Source: Thermoplasmatota archaeon (lineage in GTDB: Archaea > Thermoplasmatota > Penumbrarchaeia > Penumbrarchaeales > Penumbrarchaeaceae). From it: a stretch of 51,914 nucleotides of DNA. Below the pieces are notes generated by a model. The model did no database searches. It was not told the DNA's origin and was given only the letters and a program-made list of their open reading frames with translations. The first letter of the stretch is position 1. Each line of letters begins with the position of its first letter. The translations under genes and the position numbers were made by a program. Of this stretch, positions 27,131 through 36,218 are shown one piece after another. The stretch spans positions 1 to 51,914 of the forward strand of contig JARVGK010000022.1 of NCBI GenBank assembly GCA_029762535.1, in the 5' to 3' direction.

Positions 27131-28093
27131 TTATCTGTCCTTCGATGAAAGCAACTGTATCCTTGCCAGAAGGGCCTCCAGCTGTATCCTCTCGTTGGAT
27201 CCTTCGATGAGCCTGAAATCGGCCTCGCCGATAGCATCCAGGAGATGTACCCTTGTCTGGTCGGGCAGTGGTAGGTTGTATAGCTCCTTGTGCATCTGTG
27301 AGAGTATGTCCTCGCCCGAGAGCCCCGCCTCGGTGACAAGCTTCATGAGCACCTCTCTGGCTCCTTTGAAGTTTCCGTTGAGGGCCTTTGTCATCATATC
27401 GGAAACGAGCTCGGGCCTCGCGACCGAGGCGGTGGAGAAGAGCGTGTCGGAATCGATCCTCTCGGAGAACGATGCTGCGACCTGAAGAATGTTCACCGTC
27501 TTTCTCAGATCACCTCCCGATATGTACATCAGAGTATCGAACCCGTCCTCCGTCACATCGATCCCCTCACTAGAGGCTATCCTGTTCACATATTTGCGAA
27601 TGTCCTCCTTGGACAAGGGAGAGAACCTCAGGACGGAGCATCTTGACTGTATCGGGGGTATGATCCTGGAGGAGTAATTGCAGGAGAGGATGAAACGGCA
27701 GGTCTGGCTGTAGCGCTCCATCGTCCTACGAAGTGCCGCCTGGGCGTCCGTCGTCAGGGAATCCGCCTCATCAAGGAATATCACCTTGAAATCGGCCCCT
27801 CCCAGCGGAGCGGCCCTGGAGAAGGACTTGATCTTGGTACGCACCACCTGTATACCTCTCTCGTCAGAGGCGTTGAGCTCCTGGAAGTTGTCCTGCCAGC
27901 CCTCCTCGCCGAACAGCTCACGGGCCAGGGCAAGGGCGCATGTGGTCTTTCCGGTGCCGGCGGGGCCAGCGAAGAGAAAATGCGGTATGTTCCTTCTCTC
28001 AACGACCGCCATGAGCCTTCGGACTATGTCGGTCTGGCCTATGACCTCGTCCAATTTTCGAGGTCTGTACTTCTCCGTCCATATCTCCTGCAT
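27131..28093 (-). CDS. rfcS: Replication factor C small subunit
   Basis: WTEKYRP, GPAGTGKTT, ELNASDERG, LDEAD, AQAALRRTME, SRC, GDLR. Confidence 0.96.
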   Translation of the reverse strand: MQEIWTEKYRPRKLDEVIGQTDIVRRLMAVVERRNIPHFLFAGPAGTGKTTCALALARELFGEEGWQDNFQELNASDERGIQVVRTKIKSFSRAAPLGGADFKVIFLDEADSLTTDAQAALRRTMERYSQTCRFILSCNYSSRIIPPIQSRCSVLRFSPLSKEDIRKYVNRIASSEGIDVTEDGFDTLMYISGGDLRKTVNILQVAASFSERIDSDTLFSTASVARPELVSDMMTKALNGNFKGAREVLMKLVTEAGLSGEDILSQMHKELYNLPLPDQTRVHLLDAIGEADFRLIEGSNERIQLEALLARIQLLSSKDR

Positions 28094-28097
28094 GGTC

Positions 28098-28553
28098 TCA
28101 CCCCATCCCCCTTACCTTATCACGACGTCTAAGGTAGCGATCATCTTGAAGAGGGATCGCTTCGATGAACTCATCAATGATGGATAACGCCAGGTCAGTT
28201 CCGGTAACCCGTCCTCCCAGGCACAGAACGTTGGCGTCGTTGTGCATCCTGGCCATCCTTGCCATGTATTCGTTGGTGCACAGTGCCGCGACGATGCCGT
28301 CGAGTCGAGAGGCGGCGTTGCACATGCCGATGCCGGTACCGCAGACGAGGATGCCGAGGTCAGCCGTGAACGAGAGAAGGTCGGAGCATACGAGCGCGGC
28401 AACATCTGGGTAGTCCACCGGTCCGGGGTCGAAGCAGCCTCGGTCCAGGACCTCGTGCCCTATCTCTTTGAGATGGGATGAGATCAGCTCCTTCAGTTCG
28501 AACCCCCCGTGATCGGACCCAAGTGATATCCTCTTTAGATCGCCCATGGTCAT
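28098..28553 (-). CDS. rpiB: Ribose-5-phosphate isomerase B
   Basis: GSDHGG, DYPD, CGTGIG, HNDANVLCLG. Confidence 0.93.
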   Translation of the reverse strand: MTMGDLKRISLGSDHGGFELKELISSHLKEIGHEVLDRGCFDPGPVDYPDVAALVCSDLLSFTADLGILVCGTGIGMCNAASRLDGIVAALCTNEYMARMARMHNDANVLCLGGRVTGTDLALSIIDEFIEAIPLQDDRYLRRRDKVRGMG

Positions 28554-28617
28554 ACAGGGGTTAGGCGCTTCCCGATTATAAATACATGGAAGGGGGGGGC
28601 GCGAAAGATGGGATTTA

Positions 28618-28956
28618 TCAGCTCTCTATGACGTTCCACACCTCTTCCTGATCGGCAGTGGAGCTGCCGGCTAGCTCCAGATGGGCGCGGAGCTTTCCGT
28701 TCTCGAACGTCAAAAAAGCCGATTTGAGGTTGGACTGGTAGAGGGCAACCCTCTTCCCTTTTGGAGTGAGGATCTTCTCGGTGATGTTGAGGAGGCTCAT
28801 GTCCTCGAGCTCCCGTATCCTCCTGTAGCATGCGGCGATGGGTATGTCGAACTTGATCCGGAGGTAGTTCGCCGATCTCGGCATACGATAAGTGGCGGTG
28901 AGTATCTTCACCGTGTACTCATCGCTCAACAACTTGGTTACGGCCAGCGGATTCAT
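28618..28956 (-). CDS. Winged helix-turn-helix transcriptional regulator (archaeal ArsR-like)
   Basis: LLSDEY..KIL, IPIAACYRRIRELE, GKRVALY. Start at 28956 follows GGTGA; alternative start at 29001. Confidence 0.8.
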   Translation of the reverse strand: MNPLAVTKLLSDEYTVKILTATYRMPRSANYLRIKFDIPIAACYRRIRELEDMSLLNITEKILTPKGKRVALYQSNLKSAFLTFENGKLRAHLELAGSSTADQEEVWNVIES

Positions 28957-29269
28957 CCCATCACCCTGCCGGGGATCCCAACCATGTACGTGTTGGGACA
29001 TGTTTCCGGATGATATAGTATTCGTAAAACTAGTATATATATCTATTCATTCACTAAAGTAGGAGTAATGGAAAATGGTCAGTGGAATTACAATGAATAT
29101 CTGATATAGATGTTTAGGGAGGCAAATGAAATTTGTATTGCCTGAGTTCACGATATAATGAGGATGGGAAAAATGGTCTCAGTTCTTTAGATTGTACATT
29201 TAACAAATAAATTACCTAAAAAATAAAATAATAATATATAAGGTGAAAAATAATTTGCAAAATAATAGG

Positions 29270-29285
29270 GAAAAAGTATATAAAC
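29270..29285 (+). promoter_or_regulatory. Putative BRE/TATA promoter of the small-protein cluster
   Basis: GAAAAAG-TATATAAA about 45 nt upstream of the ATG at 29326, with a GGAGG SD-like motif, inside an AT-rich divergent intergenic region. Confidence 0.5.
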
Positions 29286-29325
29286 TTAATATGTCTTATG
29301 GTTACTATAAACATGGAGGGAAAAT

Positions 29326-29706
29326 ATGGAAGAAAACCGCAAATTATTTGCCAGAAAGAGCGCCCTCAAAGGTCAGTCGGGTTACGCTCGGATACATTCC
29401 GATGTGTTCGCCGCGATGGACCTTGAGGAGAAAGACATGGTTGAACTCGTAAACGCCGAGGACAAGGCGATACTCGTCGATGTATCCCATGATAAACTGA
29501 TCCCTGCGACCGATGTAAGGCTCGGAGAGAAGGACATGGAGAAGCTGGAGGTGAAGGACGGTGATGCGGTCACTATCAGGTACCACAAGACCGTCGGAGA
29601 CTCCGTTGACGAGATGAAGGAAAAGGCGAAGGAGAAGGCGACCGAACTCAAGGAGAAGGTCGCGAAGAAGTTCAAGAAGGATGAGGAAGAAAAAGGAGAT
29701 GATTGA
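29326..29706 (+). CDS. Hypothetical protein with a double-psi beta-barrel-like (CDC48_N-like) domain and charged tail
   Basis: Two-fold repeat ARIHSDVFAAMDLEEKDMVELV / VRLGEKDMEKLEVKDGDAVTI; SD present. Confidence 0.6.
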   Translation: MEENRKLFARKSALKGQSGYARIHSDVFAAMDLEEKDMVELVNAEDKAILVDVSHDKLIPATDVRLGEKDMEKLEVKDGDAVTIRYHKTVGDSVDEMKEKAKEKATELKEKVAKKFKKDEEEKGDD

Positions 29707-30009
29707 ATGGAGAACGAAACCGAAAAGGTCAGATTGGGGATAGGAGAGAGAATGAAGGCGATCTCGCCGGATTTCACCACATCGACGAACAAGATGGTCG
29801 AGGGATATCTGGCGCACAACCTGCCGGAGCTGATCCAGAAGCACGACCTCGCCCTCATGGGCGAGCTCAACGATATCGACGCGCAGACCGTGAGCATCGA
29901 GAACCGCGTCGAGGACCTGGAGATATGGAAGGGTGAGGCGACCATGAGGATCGATGACGGCAAAAGAAGGGTAGAGCTGCTCGAAAAGAAACATGGAGTG
30001 AAGGGGTGA
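29707..30009 (+). CDS. Hypothetical coiled-coil protein (paralog 1)
   Basis: Abuts the upstream gene; contains VEGYLAHNLPELIQKHDLA followed by heptads. Confidence 0.75.
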   Translation: MENETEKVRLGIGERMKAISPDFTTSTNKMVEGYLAHNLPELIQKHDLALMGELNDIDAQTVSIENRVEDLEIWKGEATMRIDDGKRRVELLEKKHGVKG

Positions 30010-30014
30010 TATAA

Positions 30015-30350
30015 ATGACACAATATCAATCATTGCTATCAGAGCCGTTCTTCTGGATAATGATCGCGGTTATCGCGATACTGGTCGTTATAACCATCAT
30101 CATGATCATAAGGCTGATCTTCAAGAAGAGGGAGGACCATGTCGCCGTCTATTTCGAGGGTAACTTCAGGACAATGATAGGCGAATGGGACCTGGTCACA
30201 AGACCAAACCTCAGGAAATGGAAGAACGAGGCCGCCAAGAGACTGGGCCACCTCGATAAGGAGGTCGGCTCCATCGAGAAGATGAGGAAGAACATCGACG
30301 GCAGACTGAACGCGCTGAACAACGACATCGTCAAACTCGAGAGGTATTGA
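30015..30350 (+). CDS. Hypothetical TM plus coiled-coil protein (paralog 2)
   Basis: N-terminal TM helix; VAVYFEGNFRTMIGEWDLV followed by heptads; GGTGA SD. Confidence 0.75.
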   Translation: MTQYQSLLSEPFFWIMIAVIAILVVITIIMIIRLIFKKREDHVAVYFEGNFRTMIGEWDLVTRPNLRKWKNEAAKRLGHLDKEVGSIEKMRKNIDGRLNALNNDIVKLERY

Positions 30351-30363
30351 GGAGGGATCATAG

Positions 30364-30696
30364 ATGGAAGATTACGAAGAAGAGAAGATAGGGTTCTTTG
30401 CCAAGATCAAGTCCTGGTTCAAGAAGGACAAGGATGAGGACGTGCAGGCCGAATACAAGAGGAAGCTGATGGACCGCAAGATAGAGCGGTTCCTGGACAG
30501 CAATTTCGACTCCTTCATCGCAGAATACGGCCTCGTCAGGGAGATCGACATCGCAAGGTACGATGAGAGGCACGGGATACTCTCGAGCAAGCTCAAGGTA
30601 TTGAACGATTTCGTCAAGGAGGCCGATGCCGATATCAGCAACCTCGAGATCCGGGTGGAGCATATGAAGAAGAACATTAAAGGATACAAGGGGTGA
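30364..30696 (+). CDS. Hypothetical coiled-coil protein (paralog 3)
   Basis: GGAGG SD; IERFLDSNFDSFIAEYGLV followed by heptads. Confidence 0.75.
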   Translation: MEDYEEEKIGFFAKIKSWFKKDKDEDVQAEYKRKLMDRKIERFLDSNFDSFIAEYGLVREIDIARYDERHGILSSKLKVLNDFVKEADADISNLEIRVEHMKKNIKGYKG

Positions 30697-30697
30697 T

Positions 30698-31210
30698 ATG
30701 ATGAAGCTGTTCAGTCAACTGGAAGGATATGATATAATATCAAAACTCGGAGACGAGATGGGGGCTCTTGAGGACATGATAATAGATTCGACGAACTGGA
30801 CCATAAAAGGATTCGTTCTCAAAGAGGGCGGATTGTTCAAGAAGGAGAGGTCCATCGTCGAACCGGCCGATCTCAAGATCAACGATGATGATGAGATCAT
30901 AAACCTATCTCCGGAAGCACACAGGAAAGAGATCGAGCAGGACAGATCGTCCGTACATCATCTTTATCTCTCGGACCTCATGAAGAAGAAGGTCGTCCTC
31001 AAGGAAGGCGAGGATATCGGAAAGGTATACGATATCGAGATCGCCACGGAATTGAAGGACTGGAAGGTATGGAAGCTGTTCATAAGGACGGGCCTCAAGC
31101 AGAGAAGGTTGAGGATCAAACCCGACCAGGTGACCGACCTCGGGGAGGACGTCGAGATAGGTCTGAGCAAGGAAGAGGTGGAGAAGCTCTCGAAACCCGT
31201 CATATCATAG
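30698..31210 (+). CDS. Tandem PRC-barrel domain protein
   Basis: Two repeats: SQLEGYDIISKLGDEMGALEDMIID..W.I and SDLMKKKVVLKEGEDIGKVYDIEI. Confidence 0.8.
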   Translation: MMKLFSQLEGYDIISKLGDEMGALEDMIIDSTNWTIKGFVLKEGGLFKKERSIVEPADLKINDDDEIINLSPEAHRKEIEQDRSSVHHLYLSDLMKKKVVLKEGEDIGKVYDIEIATELKDWKVWKLFIRTGLKQRRLRIKPDQVTDLGEDVEIGLSKEEVEKLSKPVIS

Positions 31211-31318
31211 GCGGGCAGGAAAGGAAAGGAGAGTGTTGGAGGCGGTCCCATGGGACCGCCTCATTTTATATCTTATATTGCATATGCATCATGGAAAGAG
31301 ATAACGGGGGAATAAAAA

Positions 31319-31735
31319 ATGGCATCTTTGGGCGAGGTCATATCCGAGAATTTCATATTGTTACTGCTGTCGGTGATAGGATTCATACTCCTATTGCTAC
31401 TGCTGCAGGTCCTGAAAGCATGGGTCAAAGGCAGGAACCTCAAAATAAAAGCCCAGTACGAGATGGACATGGCCAAGCTAGAGATCGCCAAGAAGAAGGC
31501 TTTCATGGAGGAATTGCGGAACTCGACCGTGGTTCTTAACAACAGCGAGAGGCAGAGGCTCGAATCGATAAGAACAGATAATTCCATTCTCACAAGGAAG
31601 CTGATCTCCGATATGAACGAGATAGAGGAGAGGATAAAGAGGCTCGAGATCGGTTCGGACACCGTAAGAACTAGCCAGATACTTGGCATGATAAAACGTC
31701 ACGAAGGGAAGCTCTTCAATAGCGATAGGCGTTGA
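31319..31735 (+). CDS. Hypothetical TM plus coiled-coil protein
   Basis: N-terminal hydrophobic helix and long heptad region. Confidence 0.7.
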   Translation: MASLGEVISENFILLLLSVIGFILLLLLLQVLKAWVKGRNLKIKAQYEMDMAKLEIAKKKAFMEELRNSTVVLNNSERQRLESIRTDNSILTRKLISDMNEIEERIKRLEIGSDTVRTSQILGMIKRHEGKLFNSDRR

Positions 31736-31746
31736 GGTGATGGTTC

Positions 31747-32100
31747 ATGGTCGAAGGTATGGATGGTGAGAAGGCGGGCCTCGCGACCGGGATCATAATG
31801 AGCTACGCCGATGCGGGCGGCAAGTCAAACGACACCAAGAGGATGAACAGGCTAAAGCACCTCATACGGATCGAGACCGGATTGGACCTCGATATCGATT
31901 ACATAAGGAAAAAGGTGGACGCCCTCGAGAAAAGGCGAGCTGCAATAAAGAGAAGGGACTTCCTCCTGGCCAACGTATTCTCCGAGGAGATCCCCGAACC
32001 GGAGCTCAGAATGGGATCGAGCTTCTGTCCCAGGTGCAGGAGGTTCAAGAACCATCAGAAGGAATGTCCATTCTGCGGACATCACGAGGTCACGCCTTAA
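31747..32100 (+). CDS. Hypothetical protein with C-terminal Zn ribbon
   Basis: CPRC...CPFC; GAGGTGA SD. Confidence 0.7.
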   Translation: MVEGMDGEKAGLATGIIMSYADAGGKSNDTKRMNRLKHLIRIETGLDLDIDYIRKKVDALEKRRAAIKRRDFLLANVFSEEIPEPELRMGSSFCPRCRRFKNHQKECPFCGHHEVTP

Positions 32101-32118
32101 TAAGGACAGGTCGGTTGT

Positions 32119-32526
32119 ATGAAGAGGATCAAGGAACACACGAAGGACGTCAAGGACCGTATAAACCGGATTAAACGCGGAGGCGACCATATAGATCTCT
32201 CAAGGGTGATATCGGAGATAAAGAGGGTCCGCCCCTCGGGGGACAGGCCCAAAGAGACGATAGGGGAGACCGACATGTTCGTTTTCGAATGCGATCTCTG
32301 TCTCATGAAGATCAAGGAAGGCGAGCTTACCCAGTGCCCGTACTGCGGGAGATGGGTTTGTTTGAAGCGATGCTACTCGAAGGACGAATCCTCATGCATA
32401 TCCTGCGAGAGCATGATAAGGCTCAAACGCGAATCCATTCAGCATATAAAGGAGATATTGAGCATACCGGATGCCGGAACCGACAAGATAATCGGGGAGG
32501 ATGAAAAAAATGGCAAGGAAGGATAA
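32119..32526 (+). CDS. Hypothetical Cys-rich Zn-finger protein
   Basis: CDLC..CPYC..CLKRC..CISC (8 Cys). Confidence 0.7.
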   Translation: MKRIKEHTKDVKDRINRIKRGGDHIDLSRVISEIKRVRPSGDRPKETIGETDMFVFECDLCLMKIKEGELTQCPYCGRWVCLKRCYSKDESSCISCESMIRLKRESIQHIKEILSIPDAGTDKIIGEDEKNGKEG

Positions 32527-32737
32527 GGGAACGCCAAGAAGCCTCGATCTGATAATGTCAGACCTGAATTGGGGAGGGCGCATCTCCTACGTGGAGGATG
32601 TACTTTATAACAGGGACATATCCTCGAGGCGGAGGCAGAGGTCATTTACGATGATATTCTTCCTTCTTGCTTTCTCGATAGGACTGACCTCAGGGATATT
32701 GATGTTCTTCATACTGGACTTCCTTTCTTTGATCTGA
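32501..32737 (+). CDS. Small hypothetical membrane protein
   Basis: C-terminal TM helix; overlaps the upstream gene end; followed by a T-tract. Confidence 0.55.
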   Translation: MKKMARKDKGTPRSLDLIMSDLNWGGRISYVEDVLYNRDISSRRRQRSFTMIFFLLAFSIGLTSGILMFFILDFLSLI

Positions 32738-32745
32738 TAACGTAT

Positions 32746-32763
32746 CCCAAGGGTTTTTTTTTT
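32746..32763 (+). terminator. Putative oligo-T terminator
   Basis: CCCAAGGG followed by a run of 10 T just after the last gene of the cluster. Confidence 0.5.
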
Positions 32764-32885
32764 CAGGGAAAAATCTTTACAAAGGAAAATGCGGTCCCAT
32801 TGTTATTAGAAATAATAATAATATATTATACTCAAACCTCTTTCTACCCAGACGAAAAATATGACATGTCCGAGACAGCATATGC

Positions 32886-34181
32886 ATGTATGCCGGATCG
32901 ACCTCAGGTGGGATAGGTTTGGAACTGAGCATGATCGAGCAGATCATCTCGGAACACTCGAAGGACCGGGTAGTTCCGGGGGGGATCGTTTGGATGGACA
33001 TAGATCTGAAGACGGCCAGGGATTTCGGGGGGGCGAACGTAGTAGGGCATATGGAGGAGCAATATCCGAACGAGCCTGTCGCCGATCCAGAAAGGACGTT
33101 CTTCACCTTCGACACCGTTGTGCCTGCGAAGACGATCCCCTACGCGGAGAACCAGCACATCATAAGGCGCTTCGCCAGAAAATGGGGACTCAAGGTATAC
33201 GACGTCGATGCTGGGATCGGGTCGCATATAGTAATCGAGGAGGGGCTTGCGACACCGGGGGCGACCATGGCGGGAACCGATTCCCATTTAAACATACTCG
33301 GGGCCGTAGGCGCCTTCGGCCAGGGCATGGGGGACATGGACATTGCCTTCATATTCAGGACCGGAAAGACATGGTTCGAGGTCCCGAGGACAATGAGGGT
33401 CGCGGTCGAAGGCAGGATGCCAAGGAACTGTTCTGCAAAGGACCTTACATTGGCTGTTGTCGGAACCCTTGGTTCTAAGGGGGGATTGGGGATGTCCATG
33501 GAGATGACCGGGGATCAGGTCGAGAGCCTCTCGCTCTCCGGAAGGATCACCCTGGCATCGATGGCGACCGAGATGGGCGCCGTGTGCGCCCTCATAGAGC
33601 CTAACGGTGAAATACTGGAACATTTCAGGTCGGTGAACGGAGAACAACCTCAGAACGTCCCCGTCCACGTTCCGGATTATCTCTTCGAAAGGGAGGTCTC
33701 TTTGGACGTTTCCGATCTGGAGGCCCTGGTCTCGATGCCTGGAAAACCGGACAAAGTCAGGCCCGTATCATCCCTGGGAACTATAGAGGTGGATTCCGTT
33801 TTTATAGGATCCTGCACCAACGGGAGCTATGAGGATATATCGGAGGTGGCTCGTATCGTGGAGGGGACAAGGATACACCCTAGGGTGATGGCGAAGGTGG
33901 TCCCGGCCACGAGATCGGTTTGGAAGAGGCTGCTATACGAAGGAAAGGTGAAGACGCTCTTCGATTCCGGCTTCATCATATCAAATTCAGGCTGCGGGGG
34001 ATGCGCTTCCGGTCAGATAGGAATGACCGGTCCGGGAGAGGTCCAGGTCTCGACCTCGAACCGTAATTTCATGGGAAAACAGGGAAAGGGGGACACCTAC
34101 CTGGCCTCACCTCGGACGGCGGCCGCCTCCGCTCTTCTAGGCCGGATCGCGTCGATTGATGACCTGGGGGTGGGACAATGA
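32886..34181 (+). CDS. 3-isopropylmalate dehydratase/homoaconitase family large subunit
   Basis: GTDSH, NM/SMATEMGA-type motif, FIGSCTNG, CGGC, STSNRNF, YLASP. Start may be the TTG at 32919. Confidence 0.9.
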   Translation: MYAGSTSGGIGLELSMIEQIISEHSKDRVVPGGIVWMDIDLKTARDFGGANVVGHMEEQYPNEPVADPERTFFTFDTVVPAKTIPYAENQHIIRRFARKWGLKVYDVDAGIGSHIVIEEGLATPGATMAGTDSHLNILGAVGAFGQGMGDMDIAFIFRTGKTWFEVPRTMRVAVEGRMPRNCSAKDLTLAVVGTLGSKGGLGMSMEMTGDQVESLSLSGRITLASMATEMGAVCALIEPNGEILEHFRSVNGEQPQNVPVHVPDYLFEREVSLDVSDLEALVSMPGKPDKVRPVSSLGTIEVDSVFIGSCTNGSYEDISEVARIVEGTRIHPRVMAKVVPATRSVWKRLLYEGKVKTLFDSGFIISNSGCGGCASGQIGMTGPGEVQVSTSNRNFMGKQGKGDTYLASPRTAAASALLGRIASIDDLGVGQ

Positions 34182-34699
34182 TCATCGAAGGCGCCGTAAT
34201 GCTCCTGAAGGACGAGAATGGGGATCTCCTGGGCGACATAGATACTGACATGATATTCCACAACAGGCATCTGGCGATAACGGATGTGAACGAGATGGGC
34301 AAGTACGCCCTCGGCAACCTGAAAGGATACGAACATCTTCCGTCCCTCAAAGGGAAGGTCCAGATACTGATAGCGGGGGACAACTTCGGCTCTGGTTCCT
34401 CAAGGCAGCAGGCGGTTGACTGCTTCAAGGCATTGGGAATAAAAGCTCTGCTCGTTCGGTCCGTTGGGGCCATTTACAAACGCAATGCCATAAACGCCGC
34501 GCTCGGGCTTTTCACGATAGAGGGTACATCGGATGGGATCGTTCGATCGAAGGACGGGGACCGGATCTCGCTCGATACTATTACGGGAGATGTGAAAAAG
34601 GACGATGGGATGATAGGAAGGATCGCCATACCCTCTGGGGTCCAGATGGACATACTGGATGCCGGGGGGCTATTCGAGTACGGCAGAAGGTGCGAATAG
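34178..34699 (+). CDS. 3-isopropylmalate dehydratase/homoaconitase family small subunit
   Basis: DIDTD, AGDNFGSGSSRQQA, IYKRNAIN, GGL; ATGA overlap with the large subunit. Confidence 0.9.
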   Translation: MIIEGAVMLLKDENGDLLGDIDTDMIFHNRHLAITDVNEMGKYALGNLKGYEHLPSLKGKVQILIAGDNFGSGSSRQQAVDCFKALGIKALLVRSVGAIYKRNAINAALGLFTIEGTSDGIVRSKDGDRISLDTITGDVKKDDGMIGRIAIPSGVQMDILDAGGLFEYGRRCE

Positions 34700-35299
34700 A
34701 TGATCGCAAGAGAAAGGAGGATCGCGAGAAGGGCGGGGGCCGCATCCTTCGTTCTGATGGTCATCGGGATAGCGTTCCTCATCATCTCCTCCACAGGATC
34801 TCTGACCACCATCATCGAAGTACAGATCCCCGATCACGATCAGGACGACATGGTCCATGCAGGCCGAGGAAGCAAGGGAGAGGAGTACGTTCTGGAGATC
34901 GACGAGCGGACAATGGGCTTTTTAATGATCACCATACTTCATGAAGAAGGAGAGGATGGATGGGTCTGGTTGAAGGTTTGGGAAGGGAAGAGGACCGCGT
35001 TGAGAATGACGAACGCCACACTGCCATACGTCGGGAACGCTGACCTTACGGGAAGTGGGGCGATCAAGGTATCCATTTACTGCCAGGAGGGGGGCGCGGA
35101 TTTCGAGGACCTTCAGATAGAGTTCAATAGGCCAGGCGGCGCCACGTGGGGGGGAATGATCATCGGAGGTTGCTTCGCGATCCCATGCTGCCTTATATGG
35201 ATCGCATCATTGGTTTCATCCATTTACGCCCTAACCAATTACCTCATATACAAAAGGAGCAGGTCCTCGATGGATCGTTCAAGGGGGCATAGTGAATGA
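34700..35299 (+). CDS. Hypothetical membrane protein (2 TM)
   Basis: N- and C-terminal TM helices; abuts both neighbouring genes. Confidence 0.65.
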   Translation: MIARERRIARRAGAASFVLMVIGIAFLIISSTGSLTTIIEVQIPDHDQDDMVHAGRGSKGEEYVLEIDERTMGFLMITILHEEGEDGWVWLKVWEGKRTALRMTNATLPYVGNADLTGSGAIKVSIYCQEGGADFEDLQIEFNRPGGATWGGMIIGGCFAIPCCLIWIASLVSSIYALTNYLIYKRSRSSMDRSRGHSE

Positions 35300-36159
35300 T
35301 CCTCTTCTTCATCATATTGGGGGCATTACTGTCCATAACGATCCCTCTCTTCATGGCGGTCTCATCCTGGGCGGTCTTTTACATACCGTCGAGGTACGCC
35401 AGGCGCATGTTCTTCAAAAGGATCGGATGGACCTCGAACGATCCGGCGGCAAGGTCGATCTCGCTCGCCCTTACTCCATGGGTATACATGACCGCCGGCT
35501 GGACAAGCGCATCAATTTCGATATTCTTCGAGCTCATCGGTGCAGCTATGCTGATGATCATCGGATTGCCCGATAATTGGAGCGCATTCCTGTTGGTCGT
35601 CTCAGCAGGCCCCATAGAGGAGGGGGCGAAGTTCCTGTGCGCACTGGTGCTGTTCATTGTTCTGGACTGGGCGATACTCAGGAAAGCCAGAGGGGAAAGG
35701 GCTCCCGTCAAGGATGCGATCATGGCGGGATTCCTGGTCGGCTGCTCTTTCGGTCTGATAGAGTCGATCGGATACCTCGCAATGGGTTTTTCGGGCATCA
35801 TAAAGGGAGGTATCTCATATGAGACGCTGGACCCCGTGATCTGGAGGACGCTTCTGGGGGTGCCGATACACGGGCTATATACGGCCATTGCATGCATAGG
35901 GTTGGGACGCCGGACCGCCATATCGAAGATCGCATTGACGATCGTAGGATTGCTGTCGGCGACGATCCTGCATTCTCTGAACAACGCGGTACAGGGGCTG
36001 TTCGTTTTCATCCTGGAGAGAGAGGGCCCCATGGAGATCATGATCGTGGACGCTCTCCAGATAGGATTGATATTCTTCGGCGCGATATTGCTTATCACGG
36101 CATGGAACCTGGGCACGGGCGGGAAAGAAATCCCCGGAAAACGGAAGATCGCAAAATAG
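35296..36159 (+). CDS. PrsW family intramembrane protease
   Basis: AGPIEEGAK, FGLIES, HGLYT, LHSLNN and multiple TM helices. Confidence 0.85.
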   Translation: MILFFIILGALLSITIPLFMAVSSWAVFYIPSRYARRMFFKRIGWTSNDPAARSISLALTPWVYMTAGWTSASISIFFELIGAAMLMIIGLPDNWSAFLLVVSAGPIEEGAKFLCALVLFIVLDWAILRKARGERAPVKDAIMAGFLVGCSFGLIESIGYLAMGFSGIIKGGISYETLDPVIWRTLLGVPIHGLYTAIACIGLGRRTAISKIALTIVGLLSATILHSLNNAVQGLFVFILEREGPMEIMIVDALQIGLIFFGAILLITAWNLGTGGKEIPGKRKIAK

Positions 36160-36218
36160 CGCTTATTTCCCTGCTCATTCATTAATTACAAAAGAATTAT
36201 TAAGAAGGGCAGGGATGA

